From positions 44,978-64,977 of IMG/VR virus record IMGVR_UViG_641228477_000003: a DNA stretch of 20,000 nt. The stretch is one strand, 5' to 3'. The position numbers and the translations under genes were made by a program. This DNA is from an uncultured virus (IMG/VR IMGVR_UViG_641228477_000003). Its lineage: Duplodnaviria; Heunggongvirae; Uroviricota; Caudoviricetes. Of the stretch, positions 1 through 8,695 are shown piece by piece. Within the stretch, counting starts at the first letter, position 1. Every line of letters starts with the position of its first letter. The notes under the pieces are model-generated. The model searched no databases and was not told the DNA's origin. It worked only from the letters and a program-made list of their open reading frames with translations.

Positions 1-407
1 AAAACGGCTGGCAAGGCGTCTATAGAATCTTGCGCTTTGAAACCTGCCATCGATAGAAACGACAGACCTTCCGCTGCCTGTGATGCACTGAACTGCGTAG
101 ACGCCCCTAAATCCTTCGCCGTCTTCGTTAACTGTGCGAACTCAGTATCTGTCGCACCTGATATCGCCTTAACCTTAGCCATAGATTGCTCGAAGTTCAT
201 CGCAGATTGTACCGATGCACCAATAGCGCCGACCATCGCAACCCCTGCGACAGCTGACGCTTTACCTAGTGATGACATACTTTTCGATGTACTTTGAGAA
301 CCTCTATCGAGTCCTTGCATATCCGCACGTGACTGCTGTACACCTGCACGGAATTGAGCGTTATCTAGGACGAGTCTTGCCCTGACTTCACCTGCACTTG
401 CTGACAT
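1..407 (-). CDS. Tape measure protein, N-terminal part (TP901-like; runs off the window)
   Basis: Translated by hand from ATG 407 (RBS AGGAGG about 8 nt upstream): MSASAGEVRARLVLDNAQFRAG...AMNFEQSMAKVKAISGATDTEFAQLTKTAKDLGASTQFSASQAAEGLSFLSMAGF, typical of TP901-family TMPs. It follows the tail chaperones. Missing from the ORF track because it has no stop in the window. Confidence 0.95.
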   Translation of the reverse strand, partial: MSASAGEVRARLVLDNAQFRAGVQQSRADMQGLDRGSQSTSKSMSSLGKASAVAGVAMVGAIGASVQSAMNFEQSMAKVKAISGATDTEFAQLTKTAKDLGASTQFSASQAAEGLSFLSMAGFKAQDSIDALPAV

Positions 408-421
408 ATGATTCCCTCCTA

Positions 422-706
422 TTAATTGAGCGCTCGTAATTCCTCGAATTTATCTCGGTTAAACTTCTGCTCTTTCTCTTTGATTTCTGCTTCTCGCATA
501 TATCTGCGAACCAGTTCTTTGTAGTCCTTCTCTTCTAGATGTTTCGAACGCAGTATGTTCAGTAACTCTAGCTTCATAATCGCTTGCTGTTTTCGCTTGA
601 CTTGCGCCAATCTCGGCAAGTCTACCCAGTAATGCTCGTGCATTATTTGATGTTGGGTTACGCCCATTACACCAGCCAATTCGAGTAAGTATTCGTCGAT
701 TGTCAT
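422..706 (-). CDS. Tail assembly chaperone, second segment (lambda gpT-like), probably made as a frameshift fusion
   Basis: Lies between chaperone and TMP; its frame stays open upstream to the slippery site at 766-772. Confidence 0.85.
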   Translation of the reverse strand: MTIDEYLLELAGVMGVTQHQIMHEHYWVDLPRLAQVKRKQQAIMKLELLNILRSKHLEEKDYKELVRRYMREAEIKEKEQKFNRDKFEELRALN

Positions 707-726
707 TTGACCGATCTCTTCTTCGT

Positions 727-1131
727 CTACTCCTTCGGATTCGTCGTCGGCAACAGGCTTGCGAGGTTTTTTACTATCTTCCCGATTCCGTTAAACTTCG
801 CCATTTGCGTAATGTACTCGACAATCTCGTCCAATCCAACGCCACCGCTCGCTAAGTAATCCGCATCAATATTCGAAAGTGTTGACGTGACATTAACGAG
901 GTCATCCATTCCGACATCAAGTGCTGACATAATGTATGCCATTCTATCCTCTTCAGGCGCTTGGATAATCTGTACAATCATGTTCGGCAAGTTACCGATA
1001 ACCGCCATTAATTCCTTGTACTCTGCTGGCGTAATCTTTCGAACTCGTACCGTCTTTTCTCCTAGTTTTAATGTTTCAGGCATTTGCATTGCTTTGCTTG
1101 CCTTGTTCTTTGTGAATAAATCACGGAACAT
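727..1131 (-). CDS. Tail assembly chaperone (lambda gpG-like)
   Basis: 134 aa, between the major tail and TMP genes; RBS AAGGAGG; ends in VKNL over A-AAA-AAC. Confidence 0.85.
   Translation of the reverse strand: MFRDLFTKNKASKAMQMPETLKLGEKTVRVRKITPAEYKELMAVIGNLPNMIVQIIQAPEEDRMAYIMSALDVGMDDLVNVTSTLSNIDADYLASGGVGLDEIVEYITQMAKFNGIGKIVKNLASLLPTTNPKE
766..772 (-). other. Programmed -1 ribosomal frameshift heptamer A AAA AAC
   Basis: Minus strand GTA AAA AAC; the -1 frame continues PRKPVADDESEGVDEEEIGQ straight into MTIDEY of 422..706. Confidence 0.85.
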
Positions 1132-1177
1132 AAATATCCCTCCTTGTCAAGTTTGACAAACACACGAAAGTATGCTT

Positions 1178-1200
1178 GTACATACATAAGGGCATGAAGG
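1178..1200 (-). promoter_or_regulatory. Phage-specific promoter-like motif, copy 1
   Basis: Minus strand CCTTCATGCCCTTATGTATGTAC, directly after a terminator and upstream of the chaperone; matches four other intergenic copies. Confidence 0.65.
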
Positions 1201-1203
1201 CAT

Positions 1204-1235
1204 AAAAAAAGAGACTAGAGCCGAAGCCCTAGCCT
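1204..1235 (-). terminator. Intrinsic terminator after major tail gene
   Basis: GGCTAGGGC-TTCG-GCTCTAGTC-TCTTTTTTT (cUUCGg loop). Confidence 0.9.
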
Positions 1236-1240
1236 ATTGT

Positions 1241-1807
1241 TTATTTTTGCTTTGATAATGCAAGCGTTTCAGTTTCTGCTACAGACTCGTCACCTAAGAT
1301 GTACAATTCGCCTGTCTCCATGTTTGGGTAAGCGTTGAACGTCACGTTCGTCACTCGCTCGTTATCAGAGTCGTATGTGTAATCAGGGTCAGCAGATGCA
1401 CCAGCGAGTGGAATCGTAATCCAGTCGTTTGCTGTCGCATTCGGGTCAGTTGGTTTGATAACCATCTTGCGAGCAGTCGATAACATATCGAAACCAGCTT
1501 GCGCATTAACAACTAACTTCTTCTTTTCACCTTGAACATGTAGCTTAGTGTTCGGCATTACCATCGCCAACTTCTCCAAGTCGTGTAATGCGAATGGAAC
1601 TGTCGTTTCTGCCTTACGACCTTTCATGATTGCTTTTACTGGTGTCTCACCATATTGGTCAACCGTTACTTCCTGAACCGACGTAGATGCACCGAATGTG
1701 ATACCGCCTTTCGTGATATCGAACTTCACCATGTCAGTACCTTCACCATATTCCACGATAGCAGCCCCGATTGGTACGTTAATAGATTTCGTTTTCACAT
1801 TAGTCAT
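1241..1807 (-). CDS. Major tail (tube) protein
   Basis: 188 aa, beta-rich (TKGG...VDQYGETPV motif), RBS AGGAGG, downstream of tail-completion genes and followed by a terminator. Confidence 0.85.
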   Translation of the reverse strand: MTNVKTKSINVPIGAAIVEYGEGTDMVKFDITKGGITFGASTSVQEVTVDQYGETPVKAIMKGRKAETTVPFALHDLEKLAMVMPNTKLHVQGEKKKLVVNAQAGFDMLSTARKMVIKPTDPNATANDWITIPLAGASADPDYTYDSDNERVTNVTFNAYPNMETGELYILGDESVAETETLALSKQK

Positions 1808-1819
1808 ATGTAATTCCTC

Positions 1820-2191
1820 CTAGTTTCGTATAGTAGTTTCGAAATTCAGCGAGAAGATCGGTCGCTTTGCTCCGTCCTCACCTGTCCATGTAGGCGCTGA
1901 TTGCATCGCTTTCATCTCAACCACTGAAGTTTCGCCAATCATAAAATCACGTTTGAACTTCATCGCATCGTATAATCGATACGCCATTTCTTCCGCACCA
2001 GCCTTATCATTCGGTGTCCCACGCACAAGCAACTGAATGCTCGGACGTCTTACACCTGTCTCTTCGGTAGGAAAACCGCCGTTGATAAGAATTACTACGC
2101 TGTCATCTCGCCCAGTAGTTGGGAAAGAATAGGCGTAATATGTATGCGGTACGAGCGATTTGACATAACTCTCAACTTCTGCCATACGCAT
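1820..2191 (-). CDS. Tail completion/terminator protein (often annotated minor capsid protein)
   Basis: PSIQLLVRG and GED...RPIFSLNF motifs; position upstream of the tail tube gene. Start moved to ATG 2191, adjacent to the upstream stop. Confidence 0.75.
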   Translation of the reverse strand: MRMAEVESYVKSLVPHTYYAYSFPTTGRDDSVVILINGGFPTEETGVRRPSIQLLVRGTPNDKAGAEEMAYRLYDAMKFKRDFMIGETSVVEMKAMQSAPTWTGEDGAKRPIFSLNFETTIRN

Positions 2192-2192
2192 C

Positions 2193-2603
2193 TTAACCAC
2201 CCATTCCTCTCCGAACTGCGTCAGCAATCCAACGATTATATTTCGGTAGTTCCATCTTCAGAGGTCTTTCGAGATATTTGCGACCGACAGCGTATCCCAT
2301 GTAAGAACCGCTTTGTTTCGGCGTATATGACCATTCATGCATCGCAACAGCGTAATCAAAACCGTTACGTCCTCGGATTGAGAACGACACATCCGCCGTT
2401 ACACCAGTCGCAGATACCTTTAACTTCTTCGTATGGGACTTTCGTAGTGAACCTTTATCTAGTGGCGCTAGATTCGAACTGATTCGGATTAAATCATCCG
2501 CACAATCATTCAGACCTTTTTCAGCACCCTCAAGCGCACCTTGCTCGATTCGTTGCATTGCGCTAATGAAACTCGACATATCGATAGTAAGTCCGTCACT
2601 CAT
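2193..2603 (-). CDS. HK97 gp10-like tail/neck component
   Basis: APLDKGSLRKS, YAVAMHE and KYLERP motifs; start moved to 2603 (ATGA overlap with the upstream stop). Confidence 0.85.
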   Translation of the reverse strand: MSDGLTIDMSSFISAMQRIEQGALEGAEKGLNDCADDLIRISSNLAPLDKGSLRKSHTKKLKVSATGVTADVSFSIRGRNGFDYAVAMHEWSYTPKQSGSYMGYAVGRKYLERPLKMELPKYNRWIADAVRRGMGG

Positions 2604-2932
2604 ACGTACACCCACGTAAGCAACGGTTTACCTGTAAAATCCCTCTTAATCGTTATATTTCTTGGTTTACCTTTGTGAACCGTGCCAGCTTCGTTAACGT
2701 ATTCCAGTTCGTCCTCATATCCGATATCAGCGAGTTTGTCCAGTACTAGTTTTAAGTCAACGACAACGGTAGCGCCTTGAGTTTGACTTTGTCTGTCAGT
2801 TGTGGTATGAGAACCTTCTTCAGCACGACATTTCAATTCGGTGATTTCAATCTCTTCAGGTTTCCCCCAAATATTTAATTCACCTGTCTCTCGATAACGC
2901 TTAACGGTTTGTCTTAATGGAATCATCGCCAT
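2600..2932 (-). CDS. Head closure (stopper) protein, putative
   Basis: 110 aa, beta-rich, canonical position after the adaptor. Confidence 0.65.
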   Translation of the reverse strand: MAMIPLRQTVKRYRETGELNIWGKPEEIEITELKCRAEEGSHTTTDRQSQTQGATVVVDLKLVLDKLADIGYEDELEYVNEAGTVHKGKPRNITIKRDFTGKPLLTWVYV

Positions 2933-2933
2933 G

Positions 2934-3335
2934 CTATGTCAACCACCCTATCTTTCTCCCACTCGTTTGTAGATTGTCGTTTGCTTCGTCAATTAGCTTC
3001 GCTACACTGTCGGGGATTAGTTCGTCAGGGGATTGACCAATAGCACTCGATACGTTGTTCTCTTTGAATGTGAAAGAACCAACACCTGTTACACTGAAGG
3101 ACGCAATCCCTTGTTGTTGTAACCTGTTCGTATCGTTATACACGATTGCTAGATACGCACTGAATTCGTAGATTGCTTCAGGTGGGATAACTGTGTCTTT
3201 GCCATAATGGTTTCGCAATGTCCTACCAGCAACGTTCATCAGCCGTACTTTCTTCGCATCATCCGATTCGTGCCAGTCTTCGTTGGTAATCACGTACAAA
3301 TCGATATGTTCCGTAGCGTTTAAGATTCTCTCCAT
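2934..3335 (-). CDS. Head-tail adaptor (SPP1 gp15-like), putative
   Basis: 133 aa helical N-part plus GIASFSVTGVGSFTF hairpin; first gene after the capsid gene. Confidence 0.7.
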   Translation of the reverse strand: MERILNATEHIDLYVITNEDWHESDDAKKVRLMNVAGRTLRNHYGKDTVIPPEAIYEFSAYLAIVYNDTNRLQQQGIASFSVTGVGSFTFKENNVSSAIGQSPDELIPDSVAKLIDEANDNLQTSGRKIGWLT

Positions 3336-3357
3336 GAATCACCGCCCTCCTTATACG

Positions 3358-3388
3358 AAAAAGCGACTAGAGCCGAAGCCCTAGCCGT
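3358..3388 (-). terminator. Intrinsic terminator after capsid gene
   Basis: CGGCTAGGGC-TTCG-GCTCTAGTCG-CTTTTT; 22 nt identical to the terminator at 1213-1234. Confidence 0.9.
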
Positions 3389-3397
3389 TCATTCCGA

Positions 3398-4573
3398 TTA
3401 TTTTGCTGTTGCTGTTGCTTTGCGAGCCGAAGCCTTTAGTGTTTCAGGCTCAGTTGGTGGCACTGTTGGTTTAGCAGTACCGACGCCAGTGATGCGAGCG
3501 TGTGCTTGTTCTTGTAAGAACTCCATAGTGTACTCACCTACAAGCATTCCTTTCATGTAGTCACCTTTCTTACCCAAGAACTCATGAGAGAATTCACGTG
3601 TAGTAAGTGGGCGGATGCTGATACGGTTCGAATCGACGATTAAGATTTCGTCAGAACGAAGGTTGTTGTTAAGAACGATCTCAGCAGCCCCGAAGTCAGA
3701 CATGTAGTGGTCAACGACTTGTCCACGTCCGTTATCTAAACGGTCTAAGCGGATTTGCGCATTACCGAATTGAGAGATAGCAACCTTCTGTGTACCACCT
3801 ACGATGATTTTGAAGTTACCGCCAGAGTTCATACCGCCTTTCTCGAAGATTGAACGGAATGCGTTGATTAACATGTCATCATTTACTGACTCGCCTTCAG
3901 CTTTGATAACGTTCGTTTCGATGAATGAACGAATACCACGCATCATACGCTTGCTACCAGCTTCGTAACGAATACCGTTGATAACCGCTTTTTCTAACGC
4001 TAACGCTAGTTCTAGCTGTTTCTTTTGCTTCTCTTTCTCGTACTCGTTGTTTACGCCGTATTGAGCGACAGCCATCGCAGTACCAGTAAGTTCCACAGAC
4101 TCATCGAAGATTTGCGTGATATTAGATACACGCTTACGTGGTTTGTAGCGAGAGTCACGAGCGTCTGCGCCTTCAGAACCTTCGACGAACATTACTTCGA
4201 TAACGTCGCCTTCCGCAATTGCTTCGGCAGTTGTGTCCGCATATCCACGAGCAACCGTTAATTTATTACCTGCTACAGAAACAACAAGGATTAACTCGTC
4301 GCCAGCACGAACAACTTGTAATTTACGGAATGCTTCTGAATCAGCCACTTCGATTTCTGTCGCAGTAGCAGTTGCCTCTTTCGTTGCTGTAGACTCTTGA
4401 GCGAACATTTCATCTTCGAACCAAATATGCTCTACCGCCGTAACGGCTTGTCCGAATCCCACAAGAGATAACATCGGTGTTTGTAATGGATTCAATAATA
4501 GAAACTCATCTACTACGGATTCCTTCTTTCCTACTAAATCCTCGTTATAAACCTTCTCAGTAACTACTGTCAT
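3398..4573 (-). CDS. Major capsid protein (DUF5309/SU10-like)
   Basis: 391 aa; TPMLS, HIWFED, NITQIF, ALEKAVING, MRGI and GEYTME motifs; follows the scaffold gene; strong RBS. Confidence 0.9.
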   Translation of the reverse strand: MTVVTEKVYNEDLVGKKESVVDEFLLLNPLQTPMLSLVGFGQAVTAVEHIWFEDEMFAQESTATKEATATATEIEVADSEAFRKLQVVRAGDELILVVSVAGNKLTVARGYADTTAEAIAEGDVIEVMFVEGSEGADARDSRYKPRKRVSNITQIFDESVELTGTAMAVAQYGVNNEYEKEKQKKQLELALALEKAVINGIRYEAGSKRMMRGIRSFIETNVIKAEGESVNDDMLINAFRSIFEKGGMNSGGNFKIIVGGTQKVAISQFGNAQIRLDRLDNGRGQVVDHYMSDFGAAEIVLNNNLRSDEILIVDSNRISIRPLTTREFSHEFLGKKGDYMKGMLVGEYTMEFLQEQAHARITGVGTAKPTVPPTEPETLKASARKATATAK

Positions 4574-4598
4574 GTATGTTTCCCTCCATTATTGTAAT

Positions 4599-4627
4599 AA
4601 GAAAAGACGCCCAAATTGAGCGCCTTG
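4599..4627 (-). terminator. Intrinsic terminator between scaffold and capsid genes
   Basis: Minus strand AAGGCGCTCAATTTGGGCGTCTTTTCTT hairpin plus U-tract. Confidence 0.7.
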
Positions 4628-4654
4628 ACTTTTAGCGTATTTATGTTAAGTGGA

Positions 4655-5326
4655 TTACTTCCCTAATTTGTGTTTCAGGTTAACGTAAGCGATCTTATCT
4701 TCCATACGTTGAGTACGGCGATACTTGTCAGCTGATTCCTGTAACAACTGTTCGTCAGATTTCTCCGACTTCGGATTAGCGTGATTAGACGCTCCACCGA
4801 TTTCACGTTGTTGAACTTCCTTTTCTTTAACTAAGAACGGTCGCTCTTTAACGAGTTTAGTGACGATTTCTTTGATGTCTTCGACCTTAGTTGCGTCAGT
4901 CACCTTTGCAAGTGTTTTCGCATCTTCTAGGAACTCCGTCGGGATGTTCACTGTCAGCGCTACTTCGGCAAACTTGTCGTTAACCTCTTTCGCCTTTTGT
5001 GCTTGTTTCATCGACTCGACTTCGGCTTGCAACGTTGTTAAAGCGTCGTCCTTCGTCTTAATCGTTTCGTTAGCACGTTCCAGTTCGTCCATCTTTGCAA
5101 GTCGTGCTTCGTCTGCAATACGTTCAGCTTCTTCAGCCTTCGTCTTGAAATCGTCGAAACCTTCGTACTTACGATGTACTTGCTGTTTGGATTTTGCGAT
5201 AACTGCATCAAATTCAGCTTGCGTCATACTTACTGTCTTTTCAGCGTCAATCACTTCGTCCACTTTCGTTTCTGTAACTACTTCTCCACCATCAGGCGTT
5301 TGGGTTTCTTTGATTTCTTCTGCCAT
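4655..5326 (-). CDS. Capsid scaffolding protein
   Basis: Acidic coiled coil (TQAEFDAVI, ELERA, PFL motifs) upstream of the capsid gene; start moved to ATG 5326 behind RBS GGGAGG. Confidence 0.88.
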   Translation of the reverse strand: MAEEIKETQTPDGGEVVTETKVDEVIDAEKTVSMTQAEFDAVIAKSKQQVHRKYEGFDDFKTKAEEAERIADEARLAKMDELERANETIKTKDDALTTLQAEVESMKQAQKAKEVNDKFAEVALTVNIPTEFLEDAKTLAKVTDATKVEDIKEIVTKLVKERPFLVKEKEVQQREIGGASNHANPKSEKSDEQLLQESADKYRRTQRMEDKIAYVNLKHKLGK

Positions 5327-5480
5327 TGTTTCCTCCCACCGTTTAAAGACCGTCGTCATTTAGTTTCCGACTTGTTGCGATTCGCCAGTCGTCAGCGTAG
5401 TGTGTTCCGAAAAGGTTGTATTCCTCTTCGTACTATATCGGTGGCTAATGCCCTTTTATTTGCATACAAATGTAAACTTT

Positions 5481-6434
5481 TTAAGATTTTCTTTCGTTTT
5501 CTACATTTGCAGGGTTTCGCCCACCTGCTTCTAGTGCTTTGTCGCCAGTCTTCTGTTGCTTATCTGCTAGAGATCGCTCCCAGTTACTTAATAAACTAGC
5601 ATCTCGCAATGGGATGATATGGTGCTTACAATTCGGGTGGAATATCTGACCTGACATTTTCAACTGGTCTATAGTCGGATAATTACCTTCGGCTTCGCTC
5701 GTCAGCTTCACGATTCGTCCTTGATGATATCTACAAGCGTCTTTCGTATTTGCGTTGAAGGAAATCGTTGCGTAATACGCCCCACGTCCGATTGCTTCAT
5801 TCGAACAGGCTTCACTATGTAGTTGCGTCATCTTCGTGCGAGCCAGCATTTCCGTATAATGCTCGACAGTCCATTTTCGATTTCCTCTATCTACGATTGC
5901 GACATCCACAGAATCACGTAGCTTTTTCTGCAATTCCTCGATGCGCTTCGCCATTTCCTTGCTGGTAATCTGTACTTGGTTATTCATTGCGATGTTCTCT
6001 GCGATAACCGTTGAGGACACTTTGCGAATCTCTTCTACGAAATGCTTGTTCATATTCTGCGTGATTGCTAGTACATCTTCGAAAGTGTCTTCGACCGCCT
6101 TCGTAAGTAGTAGTGCGTTTGCTTGATTGAAGCGAACGATCTTGAGCGCTTCCTCACGACTTTCTACATATTCAAGTGCGACGAGCGAATCAGCGATTCC
6201 GTCCTTCGTAGCAATTACGATATTCTCCTTCACCCATTCGACTGCTTCCTTATCTACTTTCAGTAGTTCGGCTTGAAGGTTTCGGATGAGCGCATAAGTA
6301 GATGCTTGCGTCAGTAATCGAACATCTACCGCATCCAATTCTTTCTGCAATCGAAGCAATGCTTTCTTATATATAGAAACTAACCGCCCCACGTTTTTCT
6401 CGTAGGACGGCATTTTGAAATCATTTCTACTCAT
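5481..6434 (-). CDS. Minor head/head morphogenesis protein (minor capsid protein 2 / SPP1 gp7-like)
   Basis: VDRGNRKW, Y..M..RT, C and FHPNCKH motifs; between portal and scaffold. Confidence 0.85.
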   Translation of the reverse strand: MSRNDFKMPSYEKNVGRLVSIYKKALLRLQKELDAVDVRLLTQASTYALIRNLQAELLKVDKEAVEWVKENIVIATKDGIADSLVALEYVESREEALKIVRFNQANALLLTKAVEDTFEDVLAITQNMNKHFVEEIRKVSSTVIAENIAMNNQVQITSKEMAKRIEELQKKLRDSVDVAIVDRGNRKWTVEHYTEMLARTKMTQLHSEACSNEAIGRGAYYATISFNANTKDACRYHQGRIVKLTSEAEGNYPTIDQLKMSGQIFHPNCKHHIIPLRDASLLSNWERSLADKQQKTGDKALEAGGRNPANVENERKS

Positions 6435-8052
6435 CTACTTCTTCAGTTTCCTTTTCTTCGGGCTTCTCTTCTTCGACGTCCACCTGCGCTAGTGGGTCGA
6501 ACTTATTGAAGTCTTCAGGTTGTGCCAGCTTATCAGCTTCGCCATCCTTCTCCATAGCTTCGATGATTGCTTCCGCTTGTGCATCGTCAAGACCATCCAT
6601 ATTCTTGATTGCTGTACGAACATCAATCGTAGGACGACCGCCTGTACGAATCTGCATAACTTCAGCGAGTTCCTTCTCGTTAGCTGGTAAACCATCACGC
6701 CATCTAATCTTTGGATATACCGCAGTATAGTGAGTGAATCCGATTTCGTTTGCGGTATTCTCAAGTAATTGAGAGATGTACAGCGAATCACGGAATGCTC
6801 GGTCAATATTCGTTCTAATTCGTTTTACTTTCGACAAGATCGGCATGAACCTCGCCTTGATTGCTGAACCGTCGGTATGTGACGTACCAGTTCCGCCAGC
6901 GTTTCCGATTGTAGTTCCGAATAACCACTGTGGCGTTTCAGATACTTGGAAGACTAAGTTAATCAGCGTTTCTAACTGCTTGAATGCATCCGCTAACTTA
7001 CCATCCCACGTCATGTATGATGGTGCGACTTCTTCCTTACGCATAGGGATGTATCGACCGCCCCATGTCATTTCGACTTGTTGTAAATCGGGTCCATATG
7101 CCGTAGGGTCGCTATGTTTCAATAGAATGTAATCGATTTGCGTTAGACGATCATTAATGGCATAGATAAGCGATTCAATCTTTTCAGTAGACGAAATCCC
7201 ATTCCAGTGCGTGTCCGTTGCTTTGTACGGAATGTGGCGAATTAGATTCATAGGAACGCCAGTCTCTACTACATCGTGGTCACGGTCTGTCGCTACTTCC
7301 TCTAAGATTTCGTATTGCTTTTGTGTAACTTTATATTCCGTGATGATTTGTGGTAATGGATTCAACTTGAATCTACGATATTGAATGAATCCTGCGAGGT
7401 GGCGTTCGACATTTAGATACGGATGTTCTTCGCCATTCAATTCCATAACCCATTCGATTTGAGCGATATTGACCGCTTTGAACTTCTTCTTGCTTCCTCG
7501 TGCCAATTCAGGGAATACAGTCGAAGGGTCTTGTGATTCGATAATCGCTTCCATCTCGACACCTTTCGGAACGAACGGTAATTCGCTGAAGTCCTCACGG
7601 TAAGAGAAATACGTTTTGATGAATGCATCGCCACGGATACCAGCACCTACGACCAGTTCTTGTCCAAGCGCTGACATATCGTTTTCCTCTACTATAGAAG
7701 AAAGACGTAATTGCTCAGTGGAATCCGCATTCATTCCACTTTCAAACGATGGGTCTTCGCTGAACATTAAATCCGCTGGTTTATGAATGATAATATCTGT
7801 TAGGTTAACTGCGAGATACAACGATTGAAGACGTTTGACGTGCGGTGTATCCTTCAATAGTTCCTGCGCTCGCTTCGGTAAGTCTCTGAAGTTACCTTCG
7901 TATAATTTGCGACCACGTTCGTATTTTGCTAGACGTTCTAAATCGTCAGTTGGTGGGAACAGCTTCCCTTTTTCGAATAACGTATCGGATGGTCTGTACT
8001 CGTATTCGATACTGTCGTCGTGCTTTTCTCTTCTTAGTAGTTTGTTGAACAT
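6427..8052 (-). CDS. Portal protein (SPP1 gp6-like)
   Basis: 541 aa, acidic C-terminus, TPQWLFG...GSAIKARF motif, position after terL. Confidence 0.9.
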   Translation of the reverse strand: MFNKLLRREKHDDSIEYEYRPSDTLFEKGKLFPPTDDLERLAKYERGRKLYEGNFRDLPKRAQELLKDTPHVKRLQSLYLAVNLTDIIIHKPADLMFSEDPSFESGMNADSTEQLRLSSIVEENDMSALGQELVVGAGIRGDAFIKTYFSYREDFSELPFVPKGVEMEAIIESQDPSTVFPELARGSKKKFKAVNIAQIEWVMELNGEEHPYLNVERHLAGFIQYRRFKLNPLPQIITEYKVTQKQYEILEEVATDRDHDVVETGVPMNLIRHIPYKATDTHWNGISSTEKIESLIYAINDRLTQIDYILLKHSDPTAYGPDLQQVEMTWGGRYIPMRKEEVAPSYMTWDGKLADAFKQLETLINLVFQVSETPQWLFGTTIGNAGGTGTSHTDGSAIKARFMPILSKVKRIRTNIDRAFRDSLYISQLLENTANEIGFTHYTAVYPKIRWRDGLPANEKELAEVMQIRTGGRPTIDVRTAIKNMDGLDDAQAEAIIEAMEKDGEADKLAQPEDFNKFDPLAQVDVEEEKPEEKETEEVDE

Positions 8053-8071
8053 CGAATCCCTCCTAGTATAT

Positions 8072-8100
8072 AAAAGAAAAAGAGCGCTGAATGAGCGCCC
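8072..8100 (-). terminator. Intrinsic terminator after NDT gene
   Basis: GGGCGCT-CATTC-AGCGCTC-TTTTTCTTTT directly after the stop. Confidence 0.8.
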
Positions 8101-8652
8101 TTAGATTACCTCACCTTTGTAGTAAACCTTCTCTAGTTCGTTGATGCGAACGTCGAAGTTATATGCTTCTAGTGCTTCACGAGATTCTAGGAATGCGTGA
8201 CAAGACTCAGTTAGCATGATGTTCTTCGGTAAGTCCGTTTTGTCATCGAATAAGATAACAGGACGTTGAATTACGCTTGCGGCCCCTAGTTCCCAGTTCG
8301 TACCACTGTCAGTCGAGTGAACTGCGACAACGATATCACATGTTAGGATTTCTTTAACGTCGTTATTGTACGTGGCTTTTCGCCATTCAACCGAACCGAA
8401 TTCGAATTGTGGATTTTGATGCTCACGTGGTGAGAATACTTGCAACCCTTTCGCTCGTAACGTCTTTTCGACGAATTCTACTCGTTCGATTTCTTCGTCA
8501 TTGAAGAATGGGGATGCGAGGTAGACTTTCATTGGCTTTTTCGGTAATGGAAGTACTGTGCGAGTTACATGAGTCGTAACGATCTTGTCTGCTTCGATAC
8601 TTCCTACATTGATTGCCTTTGCTTTGATAGTTCCTGTTGTGATTTTACCCAT
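8101..8652 (-). CDS. Nucleoside 2-deoxyribosyltransferase / nucleotide N-glycosidase family protein
   Basis: KVYLASPFF, FSP, NDV..I..CDIVVA, DSGTNWELG (catalytic Glu) and NIML motifs; RBS AGGAGGT; about 40-aa N-terminal extension. Confidence 0.9.
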   Translation of the reverse strand: MGKITTGTIKAKAINVGSIEADKIVTTHVTRTVLPLPKKPMKVYLASPFFNDEEIERVEFVEKTLRAKGLQVFSPREHQNPQFEFGSVEWRKATYNNDVKEILTCDIVVAVHSTDSGTNWELGAASVIQRPVILFDDKTDLPKNIMLTESCHAFLESREALEAYNFDVRINELEKVYYKGEVI

Positions 8653-8695
8653 TGGTAAATACCTCCTAGTGTTTGTTTAATTGACCTATCCGTCC

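Noticed and set aside
1241..4573. Frameshift-extended capsid or tail-tube proteins
   Set aside because: Both stops are followed within about 10 nt by terminators, leaving no extension frame.
5430..5480. SigB- or sporulation-sigma promoter upstream of the scaffold gene
   Set aside because: GTTTAC...GGGCAT spacing does not fit, and no second copy was found.
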